Shown here piece by piece: positions 61,773 through 64,000 of a DNA stretch of 64,000 nt. The DNA comes from Perna viridis (lineage: Eukaryota). The position numbers and the translations under genes were made by a program. How positions within the stretch are numbered: the first letter of the stretch is position 1; every line of letters starts with the position of its first letter. Location of the stretch: NCBI GenBank assembly GCA_037379345.1, contig CM074524.1, positions 11,524,885 through 11,588,884 of the forward strand, in the 5' to 3' direction. The notes beneath the pieces were generated by a model. It made no database searches. It was given only the letters and a program-made list of their open reading frames with translations, and was not told the origin of the DNA.

Positions 61773-63351
61773 ATATATAGCTTAAACAACGTCAACAGAT
61801 AATACTTTTGAACATCGTATATAAAAGGAGCAATACATTATTACAAATGCAAAAAACGGGATTCATTTGCATATACCTGTTCCAGGTCTTACTTTTAAGT
61901 GAGAGTTTTAATTTGACCACTAAAAGTCGTTCTAAACACATCTTAAGGATATCTTAATGTTAAAAATGACTGAAACTAGGGATATACATACTCAATACAT
62001 TATTAGCATGTCAAAATCCTTCTTTTTTAATTTGCAAAGACATTGAGGAGTAAACATGTGTTTTATAGATTCAGGGAAAACCTATCACATAAATTTACTT
62101 AGAATGGTAGATATTAAGTACTATTTTATGTAAGAATCAAGCAATGGTTGACATACCAAAATACTCAATTTGGTTTTTTTTTTTTTTTTTTGCATCAAAT
62201 ATATTCAAAACATCTAGAAAACAACTGGAGAGCTTTTTAATGTTATTCTGAAGCATCTGTGACGTAGATCACTGCTTATAAATAGAAAAATACCGGAATA
62301 AATTTTCAGTAGTGCATTTTGACTAACTTTCAAGTCTACATCTTAAAAAGGCAACCTTTACTAACACTTAGTTCTTATTTCTGGAGTTAATGAGGAACAA
62401 ATACTTGGATAAAGCAACAAAAACTCTGCATTTTTTTCTTTATGTGCCACACCTTATACACATTTTGCCTACCTTTTAGACGGGGAAATACTTAATTTGT
62501 CAACAAACATTTCCAATTCATTCAAAATCAGTAATGTTTACTAGTTTTGTCGCAATTACTTTCGGATTCATTGTACTTTGTGAGTGTTTAAGCATGCTTG
62601 ATTTTAATTGATTTTAAAATTCCTTGTTTGATATAATTAAAAACAAACGCACCGCTTAAAAGACAAAAGTAATATTGAAAAAATTGAATATTAATCACTG
62701 CAACAGAAATAAAAAGGGACGGACGGACGGACGGACGGACACCCAGTCACTGTATTGCCCCACTTTGCAAGTAGAATAACGTATAAGTCAACAACACGAT
62801 GCGCCAAAAAGGAAAAGATGACACAATGTTTGAGTATCCGTTAAGTATTACAAAAGTGATTTTTTGCTACATTGTGCCAATAATCGTCTTATTGTTCCTG
62901 TTTTCATCGAGAGCGCCCACCTATTCCCTCGCAAAATAATATCACCTTTAAGACCCTGGTAAATACACTGTTATACTCCATCATATCAACGTGATTAATG
63001 ATGATATCATGATATCAATGATGACGACGCAGACAAAAGAATACATCATTATTACATATTGATGACAAGTTCAACTATCGTATATTATCAAGAATATTAT
63101 GCAGTATGACAGTTAAGGACATTTTATACTATTAATTAGTGTGGTCTAGATGAAAATATAAATTCAGCAATGCATGATGGGAGTGTGATAAACTAAACAT
63201 TTATTATACCCAACAGTTGCATCACACGTAAGATCAAAGTACGCATGTACTGTGTCAATGATCGATGAATAATTAACTGTTTTCCGAACTAAAAGCGATT
63301 GAGCAAAACGCTAACAGAGCACAAAATACAACTTGCATGAGGTGTTAAACA

Positions 63352-63585
63352 GTAATCAAGGGAACCAAGATTCTAGCGGTAATCAAGGGACAAAGACCAG
63401 ACATGAAAAACAGACATACACAACAAAGAACATAAAGTACCTAAAATAAAACATAAAAAGTAACAAAGCAAATGAGCAACTCGGACTAAAAACTGGAAGC
63501 ATGGACCAGGTGCACCGGTAGGGTAAGCGTCATCAGCTTTTCCAGAAACACCAGCCGAGCTGCTCATAAACAGTCAAGTCAAGGA
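63352..63585 (-). mobile_element. Penelope-like 3' repeat copy (partial copies also at ~45315-45375, 52405-52519 and 63950-64000)
   Basis: Same consensus as the other copies; contains both arms of the 13-bp stem (63472-63484 and 63555-63567). Confidence 0.9.
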
Positions 63586-64000
63586 TAGTCTACAAAAATA
63601 TGAAGTCTGCATACAAAAAAAATCTACATATATTTTATTTAAAACATATAATACAATAAATTGTTTGAATTTGGAATAATTTTGAGAATCTTATACAAAA
63701 CATTACTAAGAAGGTTGATCTTACAAATTATTTCATTCTTATTTCCCTAACTAAGAAAAAAAACGCTCCAAAAATTCAGGTAAAAGTTTAAATGACATTT
63801 TTATACGAACTGGATGACTGCAAAAACACCAGAATTGTTTCAGGTACGCACCGGTACCTTTAACATCTTTGTAATATGTGCTAAGCAAAACACATGTATT
63901 ACATTTTTATACCAAATATATAGCCGCAAATATTCTTGCTCCTTGTATTAAGTAGAGTCCGAGTTGTTCGTTTACTTTTGTTGCTTTGTATGTGTTATTT

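Noticed and set aside
63530-63540. Hammerhead core CTGATGA on the minus strand of one repeat copy
   Set aside because: Other copies read CAGAGGA at this position and no correctly placed GAAA follows.

Overview
AT-rich eukaryotic genomic DNA with GT-AG introns. The repeat and gene families resemble a bivalve mollusc; the species cannot be determined from the sequence. (1) 203-7331 (+): the last eight coding exons of a TXNDC5/ERp46-like protein disulfide isomerase. Its terminal three-exon thioredoxin module (83/127/~140 nt) is tandemly duplicated, giving two WCGHC sites in the window and a KDEL end. (2) 16076-18672 (+): four more intact, phase-compatible thioredoxin exons with no visible 5' end of their own, encoding a TCGPC site and HEEL. 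They are most simply an alternative 3' end of the same gene, and the KDEL exon starts with a sequence that regenerates a perfect splice donor. (3) 20307-22909 (+): a two-exon orphan gene with an N-terminal hydrophobic segment and an acidic Asn/Asp/Gln/Glu-rich body carrying 14 nonapeptide repeats. (4) 31915-48593 (+): an intronless TRIM cluster (RING, two B-boxes, coiled coil, NHL-like propeller). It has one nearly intact gene (one frameshift, one premature stop), four isolated copies of only the last propeller blades, and one full-length pseudogene. (5) Many decayed mobile elements: two CR1/L2-group LINE remnants (one with a 2A-like motif), an RTE LINE, about 11 copies of a Penelope-like 3' repeat with a conserved RNA fold, TTAA- and TA-flanked MITEs (some nested) and minisatellites. 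No convincing protein-coding gene was found at 49-64 kb. All coordinates, translations and identity counts were done by hand.
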